Shown here in pieces: positions 36,422-46,490 of a stretch of DNA of 53,953 nt. How positions within the stretch are numbered: the first letter of the stretch is position 1; every line of letters starts with the position of its first letter. The notes beneath the pieces were generated by a model. It made no database searches, was not told the origin of the DNA, and saw only the letters and a program-made list of their open reading frames with translations. Source of the stretch: Nemertoderma westbladi (lineage: Eukaryota > Animalia > Xenacoelomorpha); assembly GCA_032718475.1 (NCBI GenBank), contig JAUCBJ010002358.1, positions 1 to 53,953 of the forward strand, in the 5' to 3' direction. The translations under genes were made by a program, and so were the position numbers.

Positions 36422-37507
36422 TTATTGAATATGCTGTACCCACGACTGTTTCTTGGATCCGATGAATCGGACTAAATATTCTTTCTTCCCATTGCGTACT
36501 CATTCTTTAAGTTTGCCAATATTTTTGTCAATTGGAAGATAAATATTACTATTCGGGTGGACCTTTTGGAGTTTGTATGAATAAAATGAGCCATTTATTA
36601 TAGCTCCAGCGCTGTCCTTAATATCGAACATTACCGCTGGTACTCTATCCAATCTGACCTGATGAATAATAAATAATTCACGTGTCCATTGTTCTCGATA
36701 GCCTTTAGCAAAAGCAGTACGAGCGATAGATAATCGTACTGTATCTCCAACTTTAAATTTTATTTTCTTATGATTAATCCGTCTATATTTCCCATATAAT
36801 CTATTCATTAATTCAGTTTCATTAAATTTATTAACTTCAATGGGAGTCATTTGTATTGTCCTATGATATGACCTATTATAAGCCGAGATAAGCTTAGGTA
36901 AAATTTTTATCCAAACATTATTTCCCCGTTGCGTGAAAATTTTGAACATCTTTGTTTTTAATGTTCTATTGAATCTCTCGACAATAGCCGCCTTATTCAC
37001 AGAGTACATTACGTAATACTGTATACCTAACGTATCTAAATATTTCCTTACAGATTTATTTAGAAACTCAGAACCTTGATCAGTCGCGATTCTGTTTGGT
37101 TTTCCTTTCTGGAATATTTTTTGCAATATACTAATAATTTCAATACCCTTTTTTGTTTTCATACAAGCAAAAGCAAGCCGGCTGAAGGCATCAATACATG
37201 TTAATATATAGTTATAATTATTATTTTGCGATTTATATTGCTGCATATCCACCAAATCTATCATATATATATCTTTTAACCCTCCCGTAAATATTTTAGA
37301 TGTTGGATAATGATGTCTACGTGGAGTGTGAAGGGAGTATGTCTTTTGCCCGCTCAACCATTTCTGGGCTTGAGCTGGTTTGATGTTTGCAGCTTTTGCT
37401 AATTTTGCGACACTTGCAAAACCCGCTGGGGATGAAGGATCTAAATAAATTCTTAACAGTTTTTTGTCTAAGCTTCGGCTTAAAATCGGTTTCATCTTGC
37501 GTGGCAT
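36422..37507 (-). pseudogene. Retroviral-like (rve) integrase with C-terminal chromodomain; in-frame TGA at 36500-36502
   Basis: IDLVDM, CIDAFSR, TDQGSEF, AAIVERFNRTLK, YNRSYHRTI and FKVGDTVR. After the stop: VRNGKKEYLVRFIG....SWV. Confidence 0.93.
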
Positions 37508-37725
37508 CTTTTCGACAACCGCAAGTAATATGTATATTCAAATCTCTTATAAAGGGCATCACCGTAAGAACAACTGAAATTTTTTAATTATTTTCTTTGA
37601 AGTTTTGAAGGGTTTTCTTTTTGTAGTATTTACTCTAGGTATATCTTGAGGTTTTAAATCAGTAGCTAACGGTTTACTCGATACTAAATATAATTTTCTA
37701 AATGTTACTCCTGTTTTAACCATTA

Positions 37726-38108
37726 TTACCATCCATGGTTAATTTTTTTCGCAATAGCTGCTCCAGCGGCGGCGGCACCAGCACTCGCGGCGAGTTTCGC
37801 ACCAATGCCGAGTAAGGGTATTAGAAACGGTAGTATGCCTCCAGATTGATTGCTTAACTTTTTTCTGTAACTTGATATATTTTTTGTTTTACGGTTGAGT
37901 GATTTCAATACCTTCTTATAGCGGCGAATATTTCTAAATGAATGAGGGGTCAATTGTACGTTACCTTTAGAACATTTAATGCAGTATTTACAATGAGCCG
38001 TATTAATTCGTTACTCGTGGTATGGTTAATAAAATAAGTTCTTTGTTGAGGGGTAGCGCTGCGTAGAAATTCCAGTTCGTTACGATATTTCTGCACAAGT
38101 CTATTCAT
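37726..38108 (-). pseudogene. Small basic Polinton structural protein with QSGG cleavage site and hydrophobic tail; one frameshift
   Basis: MNRLVQKY...ALNVL(K)GNVQLT...KKLSNQSGGILPFLIPLLG. Frameshift near 37965. Confidence 0.7.
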
Positions 38109-38145
38109 TGTTGCAACATTATTGAAAATTGTTACAAAATATTAA

Positions 38146-38823
38146 TTATTTATTATTATTATTATTATTTTCGCTACGTTTATAGTCAATGTAATTTTTA
38201 ATGTAACAATTATGATTACGAAATATATCCGATCTAAATCTTAAATGTTTGGGTGTTTCCTGTCGTAAATCAATTAAGAAATGCGAAAATGGTTCAATAG
38301 TCGCATCTTGATAGGAATCTACTAAAAATTTGGTCTGCCCTGGTAACATCTGCTTCGCGAAATTTAAAACCGATAAACTGTCTCGCGGATTTTTCATCAA
38401 TACTAAAGTATGGCTATTAATTGATCTTGTGCGGTTATGCTTCCCACCGTAAAACATGTTTTGCGTTATAAAACAAATAAATATATTGGAATGATGAGCT
38501 ACCTTAGTAAACAATACAGTTAAAGCTGTACTGGACTCAGTTTCTGTTAACAAATCATCTATAATTAATAAATCTCGACTATTCACTAAACTATCTATAT
38601 TTTCGGGCAAACCTTTGTAAAGGTGAGTAATACCAGGAATAGTTGGGGGATTGCTCCCGTAACAATACAATACTCGCAAGGGGGCTTCGTTGAAACAACC
38701 ATTCTTGTGTTTAATTAAATTCCCCACAAATGTTGACTTTCCAGAACCAGATGGCCCAGAAATTATCATACTCGTTCCCATTTGAAAGTTTAAATTATAT
38801 GGACCTGAATTAAAGTCAGCCAT
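38146..38823 (-). CDS. A32/FtsK-like genome-packaging ATPase
   Basis: Walker A GPSGSGKS, Walker B LLIIDD, ITQN, RSINSH, KNPRD. Intact, 225 aa. Confidence 0.95.
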   Translation of the reverse strand: MADFNSGPYNLNFQMGTSMIISGPSGSGKSTFVGNLIKHKNGCFNEAPLRVLYCYGSNPPTIPGITHLYKGLPENIDSLVNSRDLLIIDDLLTETESSTALTVLFTKVAHHSNIFICFITQNMFYGGKHNRTRSINSHTLVLMKNPRDSLSVLNFAKQMLPGQTKFLVDSYQDATIEPFSHFLIDLRQETPKHLRFRSDIFRNHNCYIKNYIDYKRSENNNNNNK

Positions 38824-38839
38824 TTATTATTATTATTAA

Positions 38840-39549
38840 GGGGGTGGTACACCATTTTGGTCCAAAATATGTCGAAATTTTTTTTATGGAATATTGTAAT
38901 GCACCATTGAATGGTGTTTCCAAATCTGAAAACCGCTATTTAATAGCTCTTTTAGTTTTCAAGTTATGTAAATTTCCATTTACGGAATCCTATTGAAATT
39001 ACTATTACTATGTATAATGAAAGGTCGATTATCTCCAAATATTTTTTTCATGAAATTGTCAACTTCAAAACCCTACTACTTCTACAATTTTTGAGTAATT
39101 AGTCTGAAACTTCCTGTGGGTGTCTAGATAGCCACCATGCATAAAAGTATCAGGCAACTTTTCGAATTTTTTGTTAATAAAATTTAATACTATTTATAAA
39201 AAACCTAAAAATTTGCATAAATTTGCAGCGCCACCTAGCGGAGCAGAATTATTTTAACAAAATTTCGCCTGATAGTTATGTTGCCCCATCTTTGATCTAC
39301 CATATAAAAAAAGGTTCATGTGATTAGGTTCAAAACTGTAAAAGCCTTAGGGTTTTAAGCGCAACCAAGTTTTTTTTGTTGTTAACTAGTATTAACTAAT
39401 ATTAAATAACGAAAAAAAAAAATTTTCTGACCTGTCATGTAGAATAGCATCTTAGGCACCTATATGCCAAATTTTAGCCAAAATCAAACAATTTTGAAAC
39501 GCTGAGAGTGATAAATCAAAGAGTTGTCCGAAAATGGTGTACCCCCCCC
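38840..39549. mobile_element. Non-autonomous Kolobok-like element (710 bp) nested in the Polinton
   Basis: TTAA at 38836-38839 and 39550-39553. 19-bp TIR GGGGG(T/G)GGTACACCATTTT. A purine start with TTAA TSD fits Kolobok rather than piggyBac. Confidence 0.75.
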
Positions 39550-39760
39550 TTAAGATATATCAACAATATAATATAATATAATATAAATATCAATATCAAT
39601 AAACCATCACCATTACTATGTATATAACAATAATTGAGGCAACTACAATATTAGAGTATTGTATATTTAATTAACATATGACACAACTACAGTATGTGAC
39701 GCTCGCTGCAACAAAAGGTGCTATTTCCAATTATAGTATAGACTCATTTTCAATGTAATT

Positions 39761-40213
39761 TCAAGCATGGTGAGCATCTTTATACGCGAAATAATGATAG
39801 ATAACATCGGCGGTTTGGAAATCACTTCCCGAGAATTTCGCGCTAATGATTTTTTTATGTTCGCTGCTAAAAAAATAAGGAATATAGTAGCAACACCGTC
39901 GTACTACATTTCTATAAAAAATATTCTCCAATATTGTAAATAAATCTCCTGGATCATTACTTTCCGCAGAAATATAAGTTATATTGCGAAGCTCTTTCCA
40001 ATAATAGGGTTGGTATCTTGCCAACTTTATATTAAACTTAGATATGGGTGCGCGACAAATAGGACAAATTTTAGAACAATAATTATTCATTTCGGAATAT
40101 TGTACAATACATTGTACGCAAGTTGCATGTTTATTTTCACATTTATAATAATCTCGATGTTGTTGCAATAACTTAGAATAGCAAACTGGACATTTTTCAT
40201 TTAAAATATCCAT
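39761..40213 (-). CDS. RING-finger protein (putative E3 ligase), Polinton accessory
   Basis: CPVC-x12-C-x3-H-x2-C-x2-C-...-CPICR, a C3HC4-type pattern. Confidence 0.8.
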   Translation of the reverse strand: MDILNEKCPVCYSKLLQQHRDYYKCENKHATCVQCIVQYSEMNNYCSKICPICRAPISKFNIKLARYQPYYWKELRNITYISAESNDPGDLFTILENIFYRNVVRRCCYYIPYFFSSEHKKIISAKFSGSDFQTADVIYHYFAYKDAHHA

Positions 40214-40372
40214 TTTCCAAATTTTAAAGTAAATTGAAAATAATTACCTCAATACATAACAACAAACAAATCTGTTATACTGTATATACAATTACTACTA
40301 CAATTTTCGATTATTTAAAAACATCAAAATTTTATAAATAATCATAAAATATTTATAATATAGCGGGAAAAG

Positions 40373-40816
40373 TCAAGAATCAATGATATTATCAACATAT
40401 TCAACATTATCTGTTGATTCTTCAGTTTCGACAAAAGATTCTTTTGAAATCATTACAATAAAGAAAGACATAATTTCGTAGGGGCTATGCCGATTTAGCC
40501 GTATTTCAAACTTTTCACCAGCTTCGTTGTATTGTGTAATAACAATTAACACCTCTATCATGGATAATAGTAAGATATTGATTAATTTTCCCTCATGCTC
40601 AACTTTCAGGTTGTAATCTAAGAGATGAATACTATTATCAGAAGCATCAATATCAATTGAGCTTAAAACTTTCCTGGCTTTTTCAGAAAACTCAATTTTA
40701 TATTTATCATCTCCCCGACGGTAAATTGTATAATCAATAACAATATAGGCTTCACCATCTTCTGCAAAAAATGAATGCCTTACTATTGGCATAACCATAT
40801 CGGAATTAGAAGACAT
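40373..40816 (-). CDS. Hypothetical acidic protein, Polinton accessory
   Basis: Intact 147-aa ATG ORF, co-oriented with the structural module. No motif recognised. Confidence 0.55.
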   Translation of the reverse strand: MSSNSDMVMPIVRHSFFAEDGEAYIVIDYTIYRRGDDKYKIEFSEKARKVLSSIDIDASDNSIHLLDYNLKVEHEGKLINILLLSMIEVLIVITQYNEAGEKFEIRLNRHSPYEIMSFFIVMISKESFVETEESTDNVEYVDNIIDS

Positions 40817-41438
40817 TATTTAATTAATTTATTTTATTGTAAATCAAACAAACAAAGTAAAATAAAATTATATATAAGATATTTTCAAAAATAATACAGG
40901 TCTTAAACTGAGAAATAGTCTAAATTCGGTTTATTGATTGGTTGATTAGCCGGTAGGGAACTACTGTATAATCAAAAATTATTTGGTTCTGCGTAATAAT
41001 AATAATAATCACTAATGCTCGTATACACGTAGCTGGAACGTGGCGGAATTTCATGTATCATACTGGTTGGTTTGTTGATTTGACGACAGCAGTCAAGGAG
41101 TTGGCAATCGATATAATATAATATATGTGCGATGTGTGTAGATGGTCACGTCGTCACCATATACAGTATACAGTGGTGGTAGCGTGGCGGTGGTGGTAAC
41201 GTGGCGGGTTAGGCAAGCATCGCTGATGGTTGGTTGGTGGGTGGGTAACAGCCGTGGATCGAGTGGTGATGTGTTGGGGGGCTAGCCATGCGTCGAGAGG
41301 TTAGGCTACGCGAAGATGAATATGCAGTGGTTGGTGAAAAATAGCGATTTGAAAAATAGTAGATGTTACCTGATGCTAAGTGTAGACACCTCTAGCGTCT
41401 TTAAAATAAAGGTTGGTGAATATGAAAATACTGGTTGC

Positions 41439-41824
41439 TGAAAAATAGCGATTTGAAAAATAGTAGACGTTACCTGTAGACACTCCTAGCATCTGTAAAA
41501 TAAAGGTTGGTGAAAAATTGCGATTTGAAAAATAGTAGAAGTTACCTGATGCTAAGTGTAGACACCCGAACACCTGTAAAATAAAGGTTGGTGATTGGAT
41601 GCAGTACTAGCGTTGGGTGACTAATAACGCCTCTAGCGGAATAAGCGGGAACTTGAGAAGTTACCATGGTTACGGATGAAATGCTGACATCTGATTGGTT
41701 GAAATAATAACGACTACTGCTAAAGGATGAGATGGTGGCTTCTGATTGGATGCAGTACTAGAAATGGATGGTAATGATGGGCTACGGGTGACCATGAAGC
41801 CGTGTCACACAATTATATACTACT
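41439..41824 (-). repeat. Right TIR (386 bp)
   Basis: Matches the left TIR with 2 substitutions and one fewer 151-bp unit. Confidence 0.95.
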
Positions 41825-42188
41825 AACAACTACTAATTTGTTTTACAGTTAAACAGTTTTACAGAATCACCATCCACAAATATTTAATGCCAAATCAAAT
41901 TGTCTATATGTTGTTGTAGATGGATGATGCAGTGGTTCCTTCTCGATGATGGAGTTGTTATCTTAGCCTATATAATTCAACAAAGTTTAAAGTTTTACTT
42001 TGTGTCTTTGATGAAGTCTATTTTATTAAATTATTTATATTTATACAGTATTTATATATTAAAAACGGATATGGGGAGGGAGGGTGTTATTGAAACAGTT
42101 GTCAATTATTGTTTTACTTACATTGTGTATATGTAATTATACTCTATCTTAAATTAATTATATATAATAATAATTAATAAAACTTACA

Positions 42189-42542
42189 TCATGGTTCTTC
42201 GCAGAACAACCATCTTAAATCTTCTGGGCTGTCCCAACATTCTTTATTGAATGGTTCTTTTACAAATTCGCGCTCTTCCTCATCTCTTATGAACTCAAAC
42301 ATAAGAATCTCTTCCCAAAAGTTGGTGGGATTTATTAGTTTTTCTATTTTTTTTTCTTTTTCATCGTTTATATATATATACCACTCAATTTCTTGATTAT
42401 CCCATTCAATCGACTCTTCCTTCAAATGCAATTCCTCCAGAAATTCTTTATACGATGTGTAAAAAGTATCGATCTTTTCTTGATTTTCTTGATGATGATT
42501 ATCTGTTTGGGTGCCAATTGAGCGTGTAGCGACATTGTTCAT
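42189..42542 (-). CDS. Hypothetical acidic protein, probably from the second Polinton
   Basis: 117-aa ATG ORF co-oriented with the remnant genes. No motif recognised. Confidence 0.4.
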   Translation of the reverse strand: MNNVATRSIGTQTDNHHQENQEKIDTFYTSYKEFLEELHLKEESIEWDNQEIEWYIYINDEKEKKIEKLINPTNFWEEILMFEFIRDEEEREFVKEPFNKECWDSPEDLRWLFCEEP

Positions 42543-43184
42543 AATTTTTATAATAAAAATTATATATATATATATATATATATTTATCTTAGGTATTTGG
42601 ATGTAACTACCAAGAAAAAATTAGACTACAATTTATAATAAAGGTACCGATAAGTCGTAACAGCTAAAAGGTAAAAACTAAAAGGAACTAATATTTTAAT
42701 ATACCTTTTATATAAACTAATTATGCACACATCTGACGGTTGTATTCATTATAACCATAATTAACCCACAAGTTCGTTCACCACCCCAATATAGAAGATG
42801 GCACATTTTTCCCAAGTTAATTGCGGCAACACGCGTGAGGAGCGATGGTTGATATAGTTCGAGTAGATCTGATGCTTTAAGTTATAACTAATTAGTCACA
42901 CACACACATGTTATATGTAATTTTTGTCAAGAATTACACTGCTCGGTTGAAAGAATTTATATTAACTAGCGGTGGGGCATGACTCATATATTGATTGTGG
43001 GACGGTTGTAAGTATTTGGCTACCATTATGTACATTATGGCTAGCAAACTTGACAATAATACGACTGACGACGCATTATTGAAAGACATATGTATCCGTA
43101 ATGCTATTGTAAATGTATCACCACACCTGATTACTTTCCCCTCTGATGACAATAGTTTTTATTTCCATGTATATGGGTGTATAT

Positions 43185-43775
43185 TTAACGACTCAAAAAG
43201 GAGTTATGGATACATTTTCGAATTATGGCGAGTTTGATGGAACAGTAATTGGAACACGCATCGCCAATATCAGAATGAAATGCGCACTTTGATATTAGAG
43301 TATCATGGTAAGGGCATTTTACATTATAAGCAACATATTTTTCATTTATCCCATAAGACTCTAAAAGTTTTGCACTGACTTTAAATTCATTTTTTAATAT
43401 ATATAATTTTGGTGCTCCGCGAATTAAAATTTAAAATCGTCGACATGCCTTTTCCCGCAACCATTCCTGTATAAATATCTTGAATGTATTTTGATCAATA
43501 AAACCATAATCAAAATTTATATGATGGCTTATATTGCGGACATGGGTGAGGCGTTCGTATTCAATTGAAGTTAATTCTTTGGCAGTCGGTCCGTAAATGA
43601 ACCAAACATTTTCAACAGATTCAGTAATACTGTTATATACAGCAAACTCTTTGAAGTAAATGGTTCCAATGGGTTGGCTGTTCTGCGAATGGATTGTATA
43701 ATACTGGAAATCTATTATTATCCCAGGCTTACCAAGGGGAGGATAATCACTGTCGCGACTTAGGTATTTGTTCAT
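43185..43775 (-). pseudogene. DEDD/Maelstrom-like nuclease of the second Polinton, frameshifted
   Basis: IIIDFQYY...YFKEFAVYNS, then after a frameshift CPYHD...KCAFH...C.NYCS. Homologous to 31583-32158. Confidence 0.7.
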
Positions 43776-43839
43776 ATTGATGACAACAAATAAAAATGTT
43801 TACAAAAATTTTGGTGAAACGTTTCTTCCAAGTTAATTG

Positions 43840-44652
43840 AAGCCACCTCATTTGTCAATTCGTATAAAATGAAGTGTTAAAATTGAATCTCCATAATGAA
43901 ATTGCAACAAATTTCCTGTATCTCCAATCAACAGAACGTATATAACGTAAATTAGATGTTAAATTAACTTTTTTATAGCAGACTTCCTCAACTTCTCGAC
44001 TAATAATTTGCCCATATTCCCCTTCTATGGGTATGCTACGCAACAGAGGGTATTCGCTATTGTCTACAAATTGAGGTTTGACGCAATTGATATGTATATT
44101 TATGTTGGGTTCCAGTATTTCGACAGCATCAGGATGCTTATGGCAGTTGTACTTATTATTCCGTGAATCAATCCTTAGCAAGTGATAATCCCCAACAGCA
44201 TTTTGTACATACATAAAACCTTTGCCATCAACCTCGTGTTCTGTTAATCCTAGGTAACCACCCAAACGTTTACTGACAAATATCGACAACTGTTTACCTT
44301 TAAAATGTATGGTTATATTACCAGAGCATGCTCTATTATCAATTATATTAATTTGGCCTTTAATAAGGCTTTTGTTGAAGTACTCAATGATCCTTTCCAA
44401 TCATAGGAAAGATCCTTCGGGGAGAGTAACATCTCTTGTAAACATTTTTTTATTTTTTATGGCCTTTATATAAATGTCGCTATTGTCATACCTGATACTA
44501 AATACGTACGTTATACCGGTTAAACCTACTAACCATTGCCCTCTAGCGAAAGGTAAAGGAATTTGCAAATTTGTTTGGAAATCGCTGGCGCTATTACGTG
44601 GGAATTCTATGGGGTTTGCGTTTGAGGGTAGTACAACGTAATAAATGTTCAT
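43840..44652 (-). pseudogene. Penton 1 of the second Polinton
   Basis: YYVVLPSNANPIEFPRNSASDF...WLVGL...PLLRSIPI, homologous to 34470-35324. Confidence 0.82.
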
Positions 44653-44654
44653 TC

Positions 44655-45251
44655 TTATAGTTTTTGTCGCCGTTGTTGTTTTTTGAGTTCTAGAACTAAA
44701 ATTGTTTTACCTCCATGAAAGACTATATGCTTTCCTTTATGGTCGCAAAGCGTTATACTAATTGTATCGAGCACTTTTTTATTTCTTAATTGTTTGTAAT
44801 GCGTGTTTTTGAATTCCTGGTTGATGAATGAGTATGGTTCCCATTTCAAGGGGATTATCTGCAAAAGAGGCGCCATCGAATGTCCTACGTGAGAAGATTC
44901 AATCATATCTGTATATATAAACATTGTGTGTCTATCCCTCGTTATATCGCAAGGTTCGGGGAATTCAACTCCATCCATTTTGTTTGTATCCTTACAGCCT
45001 AAGTTCAATAAACCATCATCTTCGTTGTAGTGTATTGCCCAAAGCGCCCCAAGACCCATTAAATTATTTTATAAACTCGATAACCCGAAAATATTTATTA
45101 TATCTCTATAGAATTGGAAATAGCGACCTTTATTACAATGTAGATGAATTTTTGATGTATGTTTTTGGTAGTTAAACTTAACATCTTTGAAACCGTGGTG
45201 GGATATTGAGGGATTTTTCAAATAAGCACTAATATGGTTTAAAATTGACTC
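44655..45251 (-). pseudogene. Penton 2 of the second Polinton, 5' part removed at an LTR junction
   Basis: MFIYTDMIESSHVGHSMAPLLQ...ITLCDHKGKHIVFHGGKTILVL, homologous to 35308-36180. Confidence 0.82.
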
Positions 45252-45790
45252 TGTGACGGGATCCAAGAAGGATCCCGGTTTATCCGGTTTGTCAATTCAC
45301 GCGTCCCCGCCGTGTGTGAAAGATAAAAGAGTTTACGTTGTTCGTTGTATATAATGTTCGGGATATGTATAGTATAGATATAGATAATGGATAAGATAAA
45401 TGTTGTTGTATGCGGAAGGCGGGAAACGGTAATTAAAATCCCGGTACTTCCCTAGCTAAACTATTTCTACTGTAACACCAATAACACTGTGATAACTGAA
45501 GTGAGATGATTACTGGTATCTAATGATATATTGCACGGTTTGGCCTTGCTACTGTACCTAGCCGATGCTTCCCCCCCAGATTGGCTAATATCCCTGTTGG
45601 CGCCCTTTGGAGTGTTCCCGTTCACTCCACCTATTCTCTCTCGGTTAGGGGTTTGGCCCCTGACCCATATTGTGTTTCTCCTTCCCATTTTGTTGGGGTG
45701 ACACGAGGTTGGGTAATCAACCTCGTGCTCCCAATATTGCTTAATGGTTAACTTTATGGGTTTGGGTTAGCGGAATTGAATAAGCTAACA
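45252..45790 (-). mobile_element. Putative 3' LTR of LTR retroelement B (539 bp)
   Basis: Minus-strand PPT GGGGGGGAG (45791-45799) followed by TGTTAGC...CCGTCACA. The end coincides with the loss of penton coding sequence. Confidence 0.7.
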
Positions 45791-46490
45791 CTCCCCCCCA
45801 TGCTATCTTCCCGGTGAGAAGATAGCATCCACCTCAAGTGCGCTACAATTCCGCTGGATCCCGATCTATTATCGGGTGTGGGGTGGAACTATTTTCTTTC
45901 GGAGCCGGCTTTCCAGGCCGCTCCCTATGGGTATGATATCGCTACCCGTTTTGCCTGGCATCCCATGTCGGGCCGATCGTGCGCTCCTCACATGACTTTT
46001 GTTTCCCCAACACTTCGCCACTTTAACTCTACTCTGTTCTCACCCTGACTCTCCTCTACTTCTCTTCACTACTGCTCTAACTCTCGGACTTCCCTGTCCC
46101 TCATTCAGCCTCTTATTCCTCCCACACACTTGAATTGTATTCGCACTCCCTCGCTCTCTGCACTATCACCTCTACTCGACCTCCCTTTGACTACTCCATC
46201 CCTTCTGACGAATCTCACTCCCCCTTTGTGCCGTCGCACTCAAGAAATGTGAAGTCGTCTGGTGCCTCGTCCATAGTACCATAGTCAGTTAGCCCCCCAG
46301 TCCCAGTAGCTAATTGAGAAAGGTTAAGTGACTATAGTACTTACTTCGAACGTATATTTCAATTCTAAACTACTGATTACTACGTACGTACATATAATTG
46401 CACTTATTTAATTATTTGCATCAGTTTGAATTTGTACTTAATAGTTCGTACGTCCCACGTGGCGCCTTCCAGGCGTACCACATTGAAGTC

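Larger units (their letters stand above)
17991..41824. mobile_element. Full-length Polinton/Maverick (adintovirus-like endogenous virus), 23,834 bp including nested insertions
   Basis: Ends AGTAGTATATAATTGTGTGACAC / GTGTCACACAATTATATACTACT. TSD AACAAC at 17985-17990 and 41825-41830. Contains pPolB, INT, ATPase, PRO, MCP and mCP genes. Confidence 0.97.

Noticed and set aside
19853-36502. Alternative genetic code or programmed readthrough explaining in-frame stops in Polinton genes
   Set aside because: Stops include both TGA and TAA, occur alongside frameshifts, and also affect unrelated nested TEs. Ordinary decay (some plausibly CGA to TGA) is simpler.
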